A model generated the notes under the pieces. That model saw only the letters and a list, made by a program, of their open reading frames with translations, was not told the origin of the DNA and did no database searches. Both the position numbers and the translations under genes were made by a program. Of a DNA stretch of 64,000 nt, positions 49,241-58,989 are shown piece after piece. This stretch comes from a virus (taxonomy: Duplodnaviria; Caudoviricetes), in IMG/VR virus record IMGVR_UViG_3300047160_000446, positions 3,037-67,036 of that record; one strand, 5' to 3'. Every line of letters begins with the position of its first letter. Position 1 is the stretch's first letter.

Positions 49241-50935
49241 TTAGAAGCTCTCCGCCTTACGTTCGACGTCCTCGCTCTCTACACCTCCATCGGGCCATTT
49301 TATGCCCTCATAGAAGGTCCATGCCCGGATTGGGACGCCTTCAACTTTCACCACTTTCGGCTTATTCTCAGAAGCCCCAAGTGAAACGAGATAGTTTGCA
49401 AGGTGTTTATTGTTGATCGGTCTTCTTGTGACATCGTTCAAAGCAACAAGGAGCGCACTTGTCGAGATATAAACAGCGCCTTTGTTTCTGCCTTGAGTAA
49501 CCGTCATCTTTTCGACATTGTGCAAAATCTCCAGAATATGAGCCTCCAAATCACTATCCGAAATCGTTCCGCGATTATTCTTCATTTCATAATCAGAGAA
49601 CGCTTTTACTTGTCCGGCAACTTCTGCGACGAACCGTTCGTAATCATACAAACTATTCTCTTGAATCCAAGCCTCACATTCGGCCATCATTTGCCAAAAA
49701 TCTGACTCGAAATTCTCGAAATCAACCTTAAAATCCGCGCTCCAATCAGGCTGTCCGTTTTTATCTGGCAATTGCCCGCAAAATATCGGATAGAATCGCC
49801 TGTTGCCTGTTTCATCGCGCTGCAATCCTTCATATTTATTACCGTCCATCGTCATGATCCACTGACGCGGCTTATCCTGCGAATCTTTAAATTTGTTATC
49901 GTACGAATCGACAGTAACAGTTACAAACTCCTTCGTTCTGTTCATGTCGGAAGATAACAAACCCGTCATCTCAGGAATGGAAGCAATTACCGAAGTCCCG
50001 GTAATGTTCCGCAGAAATTCTTTAGCGTTTCCGCTTGGATCATATTGAACGGGCTTTGCGTTCGTGTCGCCTAGGATGTATTGGCAAATCAATCTTACAA
50101 AGTGTGACTTGCCGCACAATTGCGTTCCGATAAACGACGCCACAATCGGAGCCATACAACCGGGATACATAATCCGGCAATACAAGGACAACCAGAAATA
50201 TCGTGACATGTTGCGATTAAGTTCTGTATCGAAACACTTGAACATCTTAACGAACTGTCCTTCAATTCGCGGCAATCCGTCCCATTCAGGAACTTTTCTT
50301 TCCATACGCTTGACAAGGGAATTCCATTTGCTGGCGTATGAATAGGAAATAATCGCTTCTCTAACTGCTCTCACAGATTGGGCGCGCAATCCGAAAGCCG
50401 CATAAACCTCAAGCCACGGAACGAAGTTATAGAAGCCATCGATTTTCTCGCCCGTATGATCAACTTCCCGGCCAGAGAACATATCGAAATGTGGACGTTC
50501 ATCTATATCGCCGAACAGAAGATCAAGAGCATAGATGCGATTGCGATCCGTACTTTCAGGCGAAGAAATGAACTCTTCGCCCTTCTTCTTCCAGATAATT
50601 TCCGGAAAATCCACCATCTGATTCTTAACAAGAGAGCGGGCGCGACGGACAAGGTCCGGTTCTTGGCGCAGTTCATCAACTAGTTCGCCTTCCTGCTCTC
50701 TCTTTTCTACGATCTTTATGTTCTTGCGTCGAACTGTGTCGTCTTTCTTAGCGAATATATCTTCCGCTTCAGATGGTGCGGATTCGTTAAACAAAGGAAT
50801 AGCGGATTCAATTTCTGGAGCGTTAATTTCCTCAGCGGTCGCCGCAGGTTTTGCAGTCGTTGCTTTAGGCTTCCTTGTCCGCTTAGGCGCTTTGTTCTGT
50901 TCCTCTTTAGGCAAATTCTTATCGTTATCAGACAT
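49241..50935 (-). CDS. VirE-like P-loop ATPase/helicase
   Basis: FIGTQLCGKS Walker A, PEMTG, DETGNRRFYPI. Confidence 0.88.
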   Translation of the reverse strand: MSDNDKNLPKEEQNKAPKRTRKPKATTAKPAATAEEINAPEIESAIPLFNESAPSEAEDIFAKKDDTVRRKNIKIVEKREQEGELVDELRQEPDLVRRARSLVKNQMVDFPEIIWKKKGEEFISSPESTDRNRIYALDLLFGDIDERPHFDMFSGREVDHTGEKIDGFYNFVPWLEVYAAFGLRAQSVRAVREAIISYSYASKWNSLVKRMERKVPEWDGLPRIEGQFVKMFKCFDTELNRNMSRYFWLSLYCRIMYPGCMAPIVASFIGTQLCGKSHFVRLICQYILGDTNAKPVQYDPSGNAKEFLRNITGTSVIASIPEMTGLLSSDMNRTKEFVTVTVDSYDNKFKDSQDKPRQWIMTMDGNKYEGLQRDETGNRRFYPIFCGQLPDKNGQPDWSADFKVDFENFESDFWQMMAECEAWIQENSLYDYERFVAEVAGQVKAFSDYEMKNNRGTISDSDLEAHILEILHNVEKMTVTQGRNKGAVYISTSALLVALNDVTRRPINNKHLANYLVSLGASENKPKVVKVEGVPIRAWTFYEGIKWPDGGVESEDVERKAESF

Positions 50936-50976
50936 TAGATTAGCTCTTATTTATTTGGTGACGGGCAATCTGGCGA

Positions 50977-52083
50977 TTACATATAAGGCCAATCCTCATT
51001 AATCGCATCTAATTCTGCGGCTATCTGTTCGACTATAAAATCCGTGAAATGCCGCCATGTCTTTTTATATCCTCTATACCTTGATATCTTTTCTCCTTCA
51101 GCATTCGTATAATTCTGCGCCACTGTTCCTTGACAAGCCGAATGGGAACAAGAGAAGACGAAATCCACTTCAGAGCCAACGATAGGGCCGCGAAAATGCG
51201 CGCCGGTATCGCCATGATCATGATGATGCGCCCAAGGACAGAGTATTCGATACTTGCCGGAGCCATTCATAACTAGATCGCCATTGCCGGCCTCTCCCAT
51301 CTTCATTCTTTGCAGATAATGTTCTGCTAGGTGATAAAAGATAGCGTCGTGCTCAAACTCCAAGGCGTCGAATTTCTGTTTTACGTGCATTGATTCAACG
51401 ATGCGAACATGGAACGCTTTGGCAATGTCCTCGATGGAATATCGGTTTTCAGGCTTCCATCCATCTTCCGCAAATCGCACGATCCAAGACTTGCCCTCGA
51501 CCTTATATTTTTCCTTGCCGTTAATTCCTCCAGGCATACGGCCAAAGCGCGTAATGTCTTTAATCGTCTTATCGCCGCCAGATGACAAAACTTGATCGAC
51601 AAAGGAGCGAAGGAAATTCTTGAACAGCTGCTTGTCTTTTTCCGGCTTGTCAAAGAAATACCAGATTTGATAATTCCCCGGCGATGTTTCTACTACGGCA
51701 GTAGGCTGCAAGACATTTGAGAAGTACTCAATAGTCATTGACCCTTTGGAGCCTTTGCCATCGCCGATATCATCAATCATGATCGCAAGGCCATGGCCAA
51801 AGTTCGCGTCGGAACGCCAGTAACGCAGCTTGCCTGTTTTTTCGTGTGGTGTTTGGATCGCGGATGAAATGCAAATATAGTTGTTCGTATTGCAAGGAAC
51901 GTATTTGCCAGTTTTGTGAGGTGCCGGCCACCATTTGGAATTTTCTGTATCAGCAGGATCGCCGGGAGAATAGCCGACTAGAAGACGTTCATCATGCGGA
52001 ATGCCGCGCTCAAGTTCTGTAAGGAAAGCTTCCATATCGGCAAGCCGTTCTGCCGGCTTTACCGCTATTATTTTCTTTTCCAT
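50977..52083 (-). CDS. RepB-like DNA primase
   Basis: IMIDDIG, VETSPGNYQIWY, DITRFGRMPGGINGK; Cys/His cluster CPW..H...CSHSAC. Confidence 0.85.
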   Translation of the reverse strand: MEKKIIAVKPAERLADMEAFLTELERGIPHDERLLVGYSPGDPADTENSKWWPAPHKTGKYVPCNTNNYICISSAIQTPHEKTGKLRYWRSDANFGHGLAIMIDDIGDGKGSKGSMTIEYFSNVLQPTAVVETSPGNYQIWYFFDKPEKDKQLFKNFLRSFVDQVLSSGGDKTIKDITRFGRMPGGINGKEKYKVEGKSWIVRFAEDGWKPENRYSIEDIAKAFHVRIVESMHVKQKFDALEFEHDAIFYHLAEHYLQRMKMGEAGNGDLVMNGSGKYRILCPWAHHHDHGDTGAHFRGPIVGSEVDFVFSCSHSACQGTVAQNYTNAEGEKISRYRGYKKTWRHFTDFIVEQIAAELDAINEDWPYM

Positions 52084-52116
52084 CGCCCGCCCTTTAGGAG
52101 ATAAGAAGATTTAGTT

Positions 52117-52410
52117 TTATGCTGCTGTCAGGTCGCCAACAGGGAATCCAACTTCGCGCGCAATGTTCCAGGCGGCGAATACGGATTTGAATATGCGAGG
52201 CTCGCGAGTATTTCGGAAGGAAGAAACATAAAACCGTTTCTTAGGTTCGAAGGAATTGGAGAAGTAAAGCTTCCATTGATCGGACGATTCATCCGGGCTG
52301 CAATTCTGGAAAGTTACACAATCAACTTCACCAGCGGAAATAGCAGCTTTCGCATGGTCCATCGTCCAGATTTCCGAATCTCCCGCAACGTCTTCAACTT
52401 CAGTGTTCAT
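52117..52410 (-). CDS. hypothetical protein (start reassigned to 52410)
   Basis: R.PRIFKSVFAAWNIAREVG; RBS-like GGGCGG upstream. Confidence 0.6.
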   Translation of the reverse strand: MNTEVEDVAGDSEIWTMDHAKAAISAGEVDCVTFQNCSPDESSDQWKLYFSNSFEPKKRFYVSSFRNTREPRIFKSVFAAWNIAREVGFPVGDLTAA

Positions 52411-52505
52411 ATGAAAATGCCCGCCCTTATTGATAAGAAATGCCACTATACCACATGGAACAAATAAGCACAATTTTCTTTTTTGTCATTTTCTGATAAG
52501 TGGTT

Positions 52506-52533
52506 TTGACACTTTAAACTAATTGCATAGAGT
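52506..52533 (+). promoter_or_regulatory. possible sigma70 promoter (first of tandem pair)
   Basis: TTGACA-16 nt-TAGAGT. Confidence 0.5.
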
Positions 52534-52570
52534 GCTGTTGCATCCTCATGACAACGCAATCAGAAATCGT

Positions 52571-52599
52571 TTGACACGCGCTGAACTACATCATAGAAT
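52571..52599 (+). promoter_or_regulatory. sigma70 early promoter
   Basis: TTGACA-17 nt-TAGAAT. Confidence 0.85.
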
Positions 52600-52665
52600 T
52601 ATGTTCATGGTCGCGGCAATGGACTGCTACCAAACCAAACAGAATACATATATAAGGAATAGAAC

Positions 52666-52794
52666 ATGGCTTCCAAGAATTCCAAAGCCTCCGCTTCGGG
52701 CGCTCTCGTATCGACCGCTCCGGGGGCCAATGCCATCAAGATTGAGCGCCTGAAGAATGAGATGCGCGACTTGATCAATTCTTTCTACAACTAA
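52666..52794 (+). CDS. 42-aa early peptide (below ORF-track cutoff)
   Basis: Read manually as MASKNSKASASG...INSFYN; AAGGA RBS; first ORF after the promoter. Confidence 0.65.
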   Translation: MASKNSKASASGALVSTAPGANAIKIERLKNEMRDLINSFYN

Positions 52795-52807
52795 TAGGAC
52801 CAGGCGA

Positions 52808-53308
52808 ATGATCAATCGAATTACTCCCGACGCCGTTAAAGCAAACGTTTCTCGCGAATTCATCCTGAATCTTGGACATGTCCTGGAGCGTATGGGATTC
52901 CTTGATGACATTATCAATGGGATGGCAAACGAACTGGCCATCGAAGAATGCAAGCGCGTTACCCTTTGCGTTTGGGTTCTGGAAAACGGCCATGTAATTA
53001 TCGGCCAAAGCGCTTGCGTTGCAGTAGAAAACTTTGATCTTTATAAAGGGATTACTGCTGCGCGAGCAGATGTAGAGCGCAAAACTTTCGATATCATGGC
53101 CTACGAACTGAAATCCAAACTCGCGGCGAAGCCTGTCGGAATTAAAAGCGCTCTGGAGCAAATGACAATCAATGTGAATCTTGATGCCGATCCGGAACAA
53201 ATCGCCGCAGCGTTGAAAGACGGCAAGTCGGTTCTGATTACTCCGGAAGATGTGAACGAGGAAACTCCGGATGAACGATGGTCCCGCGTAATGGAGAATT
53301 CGAAATGA
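52808..53308 (+). CDS. phage Gp49-like family protein
   Basis: TLCVWVLENGHVIIGQSACVAVENFD motif. Confidence 0.75.
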   Translation: MINRITPDAVKANVSREFILNLGHVLERMGFLDDIINGMANELAIEECKRVTLCVWVLENGHVIIGQSACVAVENFDLYKGITAARADVERKTFDIMAYELKSKLAAKPVGIKSALEQMTINVNLDADPEQIAAALKDGKSVLITPEDVNEETPDERWSRVMENSK

Positions 53309-53484
53309 GCCAGAATAACGGAACTGTCGAACATCCCATTCCGGCAAAGATTGGCGTATCTGTTTCGAAGATAAGAACGAACGTCATCGAAATTATTCCG
53401 GTTGGTGCGGATGGATCATTTGATTATTCTCAGGCCAAAGTTTATGAAATATCCGTGCTTGATTTGATGCGCGTCGCAAAATAA
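53305..53484 (+). CDS. small hypothetical protein
   Basis: ATGA overlap, 59 aa. Confidence 0.6.
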   Translation: MSQNNGTVEHPIPAKIGVSVSKIRTNVIEIIPVGADGSFDYSQAKVYEISVLDLMRVAK

Positions 53485-53492
53485 GGCCAACC

Positions 53493-53816
53493 ATGGACGA
53501 ACAAATAAACTTGGATTCTCGTTCATATTTCGCAACAAAGACGGACCTTGCGAATCTGAAGCATGACATCTTGCAAGAAGTCGAAAGAAAGATTGATGGC
53601 AAGATGGAGCGCTTCGAATATCGCTTAGAAAAACAGCTGCAAGAAAACAACAGCAGAATCACAGAAAAGTTAGCCCTGATTGACAAACGCTTTGAAAAGA
53701 TCGAAAATTACTTCGAAGCAATCAAACAAGACAGGCGATGGTTTTACAGTGCAGTGATTTCGCCTCTTCTGCTTGTTGTCATTCAGATGACGTTTAAGAA
53801 GTTCGGCTTATTATGA
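53493..53816 (+). CDS. coiled-coil protein with C-terminal membrane anchor (DUF1640/CCDC90-like)
   Basis: ATKTDL motif, IDKRFEKIE heptads, TM WFYSAVISPLLLVVI. Confidence 0.7.
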   Translation: MDEQINLDSRSYFATKTDLANLKHDILQEVERKIDGKMERFEYRLEKQLQENNSRITEKLALIDKRFEKIENYFEAIKQDRRWFYSAVISPLLLVVIQMTFKKFGLL

Positions 53817-53866
53817 TTGATGGGCGGCGCAAGGAATGGTCGCCGATTTCTAGAAAGGAAAGAACT

Positions 53867-54352
53867 ATGTCTGATTTAATCGTAGAAGAACGCGGACAAA
53901 CTTATTTGTTGGTCCGCTTCGATGTAACAGTTTACGTTACCGAAATGATTCGACAGATGATTAACTTCGCCATAAAGAAATATGATACGCAAGGCGATAA
54001 AAGGGAAGTTCGAACTATGGTCAATGGCATTATGATTGTCGTCGGCCGTCATAGCGACCATGTTGCCGTGTTCCAAAATTACAAGCATGATTTACATTCG
54101 CGCATCCCCAAACAGGAAATCTCTGTGAGCATCGACTACATAAAGGAAGATGAAGTTCTTGAAGCCCTCCTTGATTGGGGATTGCTGGTAAACGCAAGCG
54201 AAGAATTGAAAGCGGTTACTGTTTGCGATAAAATGAACTTTTCTTTCCATGCGGAATATGAGAAGTACGAAACAAAGACCGCTGCCCTTGTCGCGGCGGT
54301 CCATAAGTATCAGGAATATTGTTTCGAGAAGAACAAGAAGGAGGCGCAATGA
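53867..54352 (+). CDS. hypothetical protein
   Basis: AGAAAGGAAAGAACT-ATG at 53867. Confidence 0.75.
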   Translation: MSDLIVEERGQTYLLVRFDVTVYVTEMIRQMINFAIKKYDTQGDKREVRTMVNGIMIVVGRHSDHVAVFQNYKHDLHSRIPKQEISVSIDYIKEDEVLEALLDWGLLVNASEELKAVTVCDKMNFSFHAEYEKYETKTAALVAAVHKYQEYCFEKNKKEAQ

Positions 54353-54582
54353 CGCCCGATCAAATCCAACAAATCGCCGTGGAATGCAATATGTTGCAAG
54401 GCGATGATTGCGACAGCGCAGCAGCAGTGAATGCCGTGTTTCAATTCGCTAATCGGATTCGAGAAGAACAAATCAAAATCGATGTCGAATATTGCGATTG
54501 GGTTTGCGAAAGGTCTTTCGATGGAAGCGCGGCAGAATCTTGCAAATACGAAATCGAAGAACAGTTGAAGGAATTGAAATGA
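54349..54582 (+). CDS. hypothetical protein
   Basis: GGAGG RBS, ATGA overlap. Confidence 0.7.
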   Translation: MTPDQIQQIAVECNMLQGDDCDSAAAVNAVFQFANRIREEQIKIDVEYCDWVCERSFDGSAAESCKYEIEEQLKELK

Positions 54583-54797
54583 TTTTCATTGTAATTCTAG
54601 TCATCGTCCTTTACCTGATGATCGGTATCGCCATCACAGCTTTGGCAGAGAGATTTTGCTTCGGAAAGCAAAACCCTCCGGCAAGAGTTTTCGAAGTTTT
54701 TTGGTGGCCTTCTCTTTTCATGGTTTACATACTCGTAATTCTCGGTTGGCTGTTCGGCAAGGCAATCGATTACATCAATAGGAGTGAAGAACAATGA
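54579..54797 (+). CDS. small membrane protein
   Basis: Two hydrophobic segments, FWWPSLF. Confidence 0.7.
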   Translation: MIFIVILVIVLYLMIGIAITALAERFCFGKQNPPARVFEVFWWPSLFMVYILVILGWLFGKAIDYINRSEEQ

Positions 54798-55036
54798 GTC
54801 ACGATCAAGATGCGTTCGAACAAACCTATGTGGACATTGCACAGAAACTAGGCTTTGACGTTACGGTCGAAGAAGTAAAGTCATATCGTTCTGCTGATGA
54901 ATATCTTCCGCAATATCGCTATCTTAACGGTTGCTGGGACGGCTGGAAATTGTGTACGGAATATTATTCAATCGTCAACCTTAAAGACGAATCTGTTAAC
55001 CTAACCGTTCCAATCTCTTTGAGGAAATCCAAATGA
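54794..55036 (+). CDS. hypothetical protein
   Basis: 80-aa ORF, GGAG RBS. Confidence 0.7.
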   Translation: MSHDQDAFEQTYVDIAQKLGFDVTVEEVKSYRSADEYLPQYRYLNGCWDGWKLCTEYYSIVNLKDESVNLTVPISLRKSK

Positions 55037-55457
55037 AAACCTTCGCAAAACCTTTCGTCGAATTGACAGCCGAAGAACGTTCTGAAATTCTGGAAGCGTT
55101 TATTGCTGGACGAAAAGTTGAATTCCTATCGGAAGACATAAGCCTAACAGAATGGTTTGTTCTGTTTGGTATTGACGGAAATTGCAAAGAGTTCTTTTCC
55201 GTTTCGAAGAAGCCGTTCTTGATATTCCTTGGGATGTTCTTCATCAGCAATGGAAATATGCGGCGAAGGACAAGAGCGGAAAAATCCATGTCTATACAGG
55301 GAAACCGCATAAACGCGAAAATGCATGGAGGCCCGGTGACGAAGCAAAAGCGATAAATTTAGACGAAAACGTTTTCGATCTAGATTCTTCTAAATTCGTG
55401 AAATGGGAAGACTCGCTTTGCCATCGTCCTGGCACTGAAGAGCAGCTTGAACTGTAA
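55033..55457 (+). pseudogene. apparently frameshifted phage gene spanning two frames
   Basis: Frame-1 N-terminus (ILEAFIAGRKVE..W) continues plausibly into frame 3 (LFRF..LDIPW...WKYAAKDKSG). Confidence 0.5.
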
Positions 55458-55476
55458 TCGCTGCTGAGGTAAAATC

Positions 55477-56082
55477 ATGTCAGGTGGACAATACAAACCT
55501 CCGGAAAGTAACGGAACCGTTCCAGAAAGGAAATCTAAGATGGAAGTGCCAGCGCCGAAGTTTGAATTAGGGGAAACTGTATCTCTTCCTCTTCCTTATG
55601 GAGGATTCGGAATGATTGTTGATCGCGCTGCCCGTCCGAATTCTACATCAGCAGTTTGGAATTACAACGTTCAATGTATCGATGCGAGCGTTCGCAGTTT
55701 TGATGAATACTGGCTAATGAAGAAAGAAGAATATGACACAATCGTTCCGGAACACGTAAAGAAATGGCCGCATCTTGAATCTATCGTTTACGACAAGTTA
55801 AAACATCTCGCATCCGTTCCGACTCCGGAACAATTCGTTAAATTATTCGGACCGAAAGAAACCGAAATGCAAAACAAACTGAACTTCCATCACTGCCAAT
55901 TCATCAGCGAAGAACAAGTCTCGACTATCAGCCGCGACTATGGCACGGACAAGGCCATTCAAAAGATTGAGCCGATCATCGCGAAAGCTGTTCTTGATAA
56001 GGTGATTGAGGCGTGCCACGGCGGCCTTATCACTGTTCAAGAAATTATCCGCATTCGTGACAAAGTCAAGGAAGTGAAATGA
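55477..56082 (+). CDS. hypothetical protein
   Basis: 201-aa ORF, GAGG RBS. Confidence 0.75.
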   Translation: MSGGQYKPPESNGTVPERKSKMEVPAPKFELGETVSLPLPYGGFGMIVDRAARPNSTSAVWNYNVQCIDASVRSFDEYWLMKKEEYDTIVPEHVKKWPHLESIVYDKLKHLASVPTPEQFVKLFGPKETEMQNKLNFHHCQFISEEQVSTISRDYGTDKAIQKIEPIIAKAVLDKVIEACHGGLITVQEIIRIRDKVKEVK

Positions 56083-56234
56083 TTTCGACTTTAATATTTT
56101 TCTTTCGCGCGTTCCTGTCTTTGCCATGCTTGATATTCATCTATATTTTCGCGTTTATGTTCATGGTGATTGCGCCTAAAGATTTCTCCGATCAAACCGC
56201 CAAAAGCTTTATCAAGAAAATGAAGGAGATATAA
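56079..56234 (+). CDS. 51-aa membrane peptide
   Basis: Read manually as MISTLIFFFRAFLSLPCLIFIY...; overlaps both neighbours. Confidence 0.6.
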   Translation: MISTLIFFFRAFLSLPCLIFIYIFAFMFMVIAPKDFSDQTAKSFIKKMKEI

Positions 56235-56677
56235 TGAGCAAACTTGAAGAAGAAGTGAAGGAAATGTTCCAAGACATCCGCAATAGGATGGTAGAAGAAA
56301 GGTTGAATGGCTATAAATATGCGGCGGCCTATACTCTTAAGCAGCTGAGGGAAATGTCAGAGCCGTTCGTTTCTAAAACGGTTAAGACCGGCATGCACGA
56401 ATATTGCATCGAACCAGCATCAAAGTTCCGCGCCATCGAACAAGCAGATCGCAATGTTTACTATGAACAGAACAAGGCATTCAAGAAGTCGCAAGCCCTG
56501 AACAAGATTTATTCCGAACTTCATCAGTTGGGGATTCCGAAAGTCAAGCGCTATTCTGTCGAGGAAGAACTTGAAAGGATGCAAATCAATTACTACATGA
56601 AACAGGTCTATCATCAGATGATGGCCGAATATTGGAACAAACCGCGCGTTATTTCTGGAAAGGATGTTTTGCAATGA
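56234..56677 (+). CDS. hypothetical protein
   Basis: AAGGAG RBS. Confidence 0.75.
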   Translation: MSKLEEEVKEMFQDIRNRMVEERLNGYKYAAAYTLKQLREMSEPFVSKTVKTGMHEYCIEPASKFRAIEQADRNVYYEQNKAFKKSQALNKIYSELHQLGIPKVKRYSVEEELERMQINYYMKQVYHQMMAEYWNKPRVISGKDVLQ

Positions 56678-56883
56678 GCCAACAGACCGCAACTGCAACT
56701 GTTCGTTTAACCGTGGAAGTTCGAGGGATCGGCAATTACAGCGATGAATGCTCTGTTAAGCGGATTCGGGAAGATGCTTCAAGGGATGCAAGACTTCGAT
56801 TGATGGAGCAGCTGAAAGGCGGACCTTTCAAAATTGTTGGAGACCTTGAAGTAATTGCCATGATCGCGGAGGAAAGGAAATGA
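56674..56883 (+). CDS. hypothetical protein
   Basis: ATGA overlap. Confidence 0.65.
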   Translation: MSQQTATATVRLTVEVRGIGNYSDECSVKRIREDASRDARLRLMEQLKGGPFKIVGDLEVIAMIAEERK

Positions 56884-57155
56884 AATATATCGTCCTCAGG
56901 TCTGGAAAGTTCGGCCTTGAAAGGGAATTTCCGATCATATTTCCTAATTCGCTGACTCATTCGGATGTGTTTCAAGCGTTAATCAAAGAATGTCCGGAAT
57001 TGGACGGAGCAAATCCTGTTGCAGCCGGAGAGTTGTCCTCTATCAATATCAACGCAGGATGCCACGGGTTTTCATCGACTTTAGGAGAAGGGTCGAGGGA
57101 AGAAATGGATGATAACCTTATCCGCATGATTGATTACACTCACGGAATATTCTGA
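56880..57155 (+). CDS. hypothetical protein
   Basis: PIIFPNSLTHSDV...PVAAG. Confidence 0.7.
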   Translation: MKYIVLRSGKFGLEREFPIIFPNSLTHSDVFQALIKECPELDGANPVAAGELSSININAGCHGFSSTLGEGSREEMDDNLIRMIDYTHGIF

Positions 57156-57301
57156 TGCTAGATAAGCTGCGCGATTTCCTAGCCGCTCCATTCTTTGCCT
57201 TTGGAATCACATTCTTCACTGGATTCTATATCATCGCATCTGAAAGCCATATTAAGAAAGTTCTTGCTGACATGGAACTTATGAACAAAGGTCCGAAATA
57301 A
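57155..57301 (+). CDS. 48-aa membrane peptide
   Basis: Read manually as MLDKLRDFLAAPFFAFGITFFTGFY... Confidence 0.55.
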   Translation: MLDKLRDFLAAPFFAFGITFFTGFYIIASESHIKKVLADMELMNKGPK

Positions 57302-57531
57302 TGCCAATCACAGCAAAAGTAAAGATTGAAATGGAAGTCGAATTGAAGAGCGACGTTCACTTGAACAGTCTATCGCCCGTTATTCTGAACGTGATTCGCG
57401 GCAGTATGGGTGATAACGCGATGCACGACATCAAGACGGCTTTGAAAGATACGAACATTCTTGTTCGTAAAATCAAGGTTCTTGATGTTCCTGCAATTCT
57501 GATTGAAGATAAAGAGGAAACAGAAGAATGA
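57301..57531 (+). CDS. hypothetical protein
   Basis: 76-aa ORF in coupled chain. Confidence 0.65.
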   Translation: MPITAKVKIEMEVELKSDVHLNSLSPVILNVIRGSMGDNAMHDIKTALKDTNILVRKIKVLDVPAILIEDKEETEE

Positions 57532-57782
57532 GCGATCAAATAGCAGAATTCAAATTTACTAAAGAAGAATGTAAGTATCTTATGGATGCTCTCGTTACTT
57601 CTCTGATGCACATCAATGACAGAATTGGACAGATTAAGGTCTGGATCGCGATTAGCTTCAGAAACCAAGAGCTATCAAAACTGGAACAAGAATTAGACGA
57701 CTTATCAAAGAGTTTCAAGTTTTTGAATGAGCTAGGAACAAAGATTTCTTTCTTGACTGAGGACAAAGAAGATGAAAACTAA
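57528..57782 (+). CDS. hypothetical coiled-coil protein
   Basis: 84-aa ORF. Confidence 0.65.
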   Translation: MSDQIAEFKFTKEECKYLMDALVTSLMHINDRIGQIKVWIAISFRNQELSKLEQELDDLSKSFKFLNELGTKISFLTEDKEDEN

Positions 57783-57972
57783 AACAATAATCGTCGGCGA
57801 CATCGCCGCCAAGATCATCAAAGAGACCTTGCAAAATCGGATGGCCGACAATTCCAAAACTCTGCGTTTCTACAGAGAAAACGGGGTTGGACGATATAAA
57901 TATGTCGTCGATGCGTGCAAGGCGGAGAATACCGTCATGCAGAATATCATTCATCAATTGGACAAAGAATGA
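57772..57972 (+). CDS. hypothetical protein
   Basis: 66-aa ORF. Confidence 0.6.
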   Translation: MKTKTIIVGDIAAKIIKETLQNRMADNSKTLRFYRENGVGRYKYVVDACKAENTVMQNIIHQLDKE

Positions 57973-58187
57973 AAAGTTTTAACCTAACAGCAGACGAAGA
58001 CACGCTTCGAATCATCTTGGCAGCATTGTTTGATCGCCGCGTCAACCTGAACAATTCTATTAAACATTGGGAACATTTTGAGCTTCACGAACAAAAGCCC
58101 TATGCGAGAAATTATCTGAATAATTTCAGAAAAGAAGTCGATCAAATTAACACGGCCATCAGGTCAATTGAAGGAATCCTTGCATGA
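57969..58187 (+). CDS. hypothetical protein
   Basis: ATGA overlaps. Confidence 0.6.
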   Translation: MKSFNLTADEDTLRIILAALFDRRVNLNNSIKHWEHFELHEQKPYARNYLNNFRKEVDQINTAIRSIEGILA

Positions 58188-58600
58188 ACTGGCAATTAAA
58201 ACTTGCTGAGTGGGCAGCGGTTGCAATCGTTATTGGCGTCATGGCCGGCGGCATCTTTGCTTATCGAGACAAAGCCAACAGCTACAAACAACAATTCGAA
58301 GCAGAGCAAGCAAACAACAAAGCATTGCTTGTCAACAATGCGACGCTGCAAGGGCAAGTGGAGCAGCTTCAAAACATCAACAAGCAATTGCAAAGCCAAC
58401 AAGAACAGCTTCAGAGCAACATAGAAGATATTCAATCCCGCATCGCCGCAAACAATAGGAAGCTTGACAATGTTTTCAAATCGAACAAAGCATGGTCTGA
58501 TAGTCCTGTTCCCGCTGACGTTATCAGCATGTTCAACCGTCCCGCCCGCACCGGCAGCAGTAAAGCCGATAGTAGTTCAGCAGTGTCCGCGCATAACTAA
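58184..58600 (+). CDS. rz: inner-membrane spanin (Rz-like)
   Basis: N-terminal TM, long coiled coil, WSDSPVPADV motif. Confidence 0.85.
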   Translation: MNWQLKLAEWAAVAIVIGVMAGGIFAYRDKANSYKQQFEAEQANNKALLVNNATLQGQVEQLQNINKQLQSQQEQLQSNIEDIQSRIAANNRKLDNVFKSNKAWSDSPVPADVISMFNRPARTGSSKADSSSAVSAHN

Positions 58601-58736
58601 ATGCGCAATTCCGGCTATCGACATCAAAACTAACGCCGATGTGTTCAAGGCTTTGTCAGATGTCGATGGAGCGCTTGACATCTGCGCTGCAAAAGTCGAC
58701 ACTATTGTTAGTTGTCAGGAAAGGATTAAAGAATGA
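58464..58736 (+). CDS. rz1: outer-membrane lipoprotein spanin (Rz1-like)
   Basis: Lipobox LSAC, Pro-rich, CP..C..P, C...VD...C; starts inside Rz in another frame. Confidence 0.85.
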   Translation: MTMFSNRTKHGLIVLFPLTLSACSTVPPAPAAVKPIVVQQCPRITKCAIPAIDIKTNADVFKALSDVDGALDICAAKVDTIVSCQERIKE

Positions 58737-58891
58737 TTTACAAAGCGCTTGGATATTTCGTAATTGCGATTCTTGTTGCATGGGTTATTGCCGGAGAAGC
58801 CATAAACATCCATGATCGAATCGAATGCCATGAGAAAGGATATTCGTACGTTGATAGGCAATGCACGAACATCAAGCTTCAAGGAAAATGA
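58733..58891 (+). CDS. 52-aa membrane peptide
   Basis: Read manually as MIYKALGYFVIAILVAWVIA... Confidence 0.55.
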   Translation: MIYKALGYFVIAILVAWVIAGEAINIHDRIECHEKGYSYVDRQCTNIKLQGK

Positions 58892-58989
58892 ATGGATAAA
58901 TCGATCAAAAGACAAATAATGCTTGTCGCCGCGTTGATAACACTCGCGGCGGTATCTCTTGAACTATCTTACACAACAGGTTTGATTGG

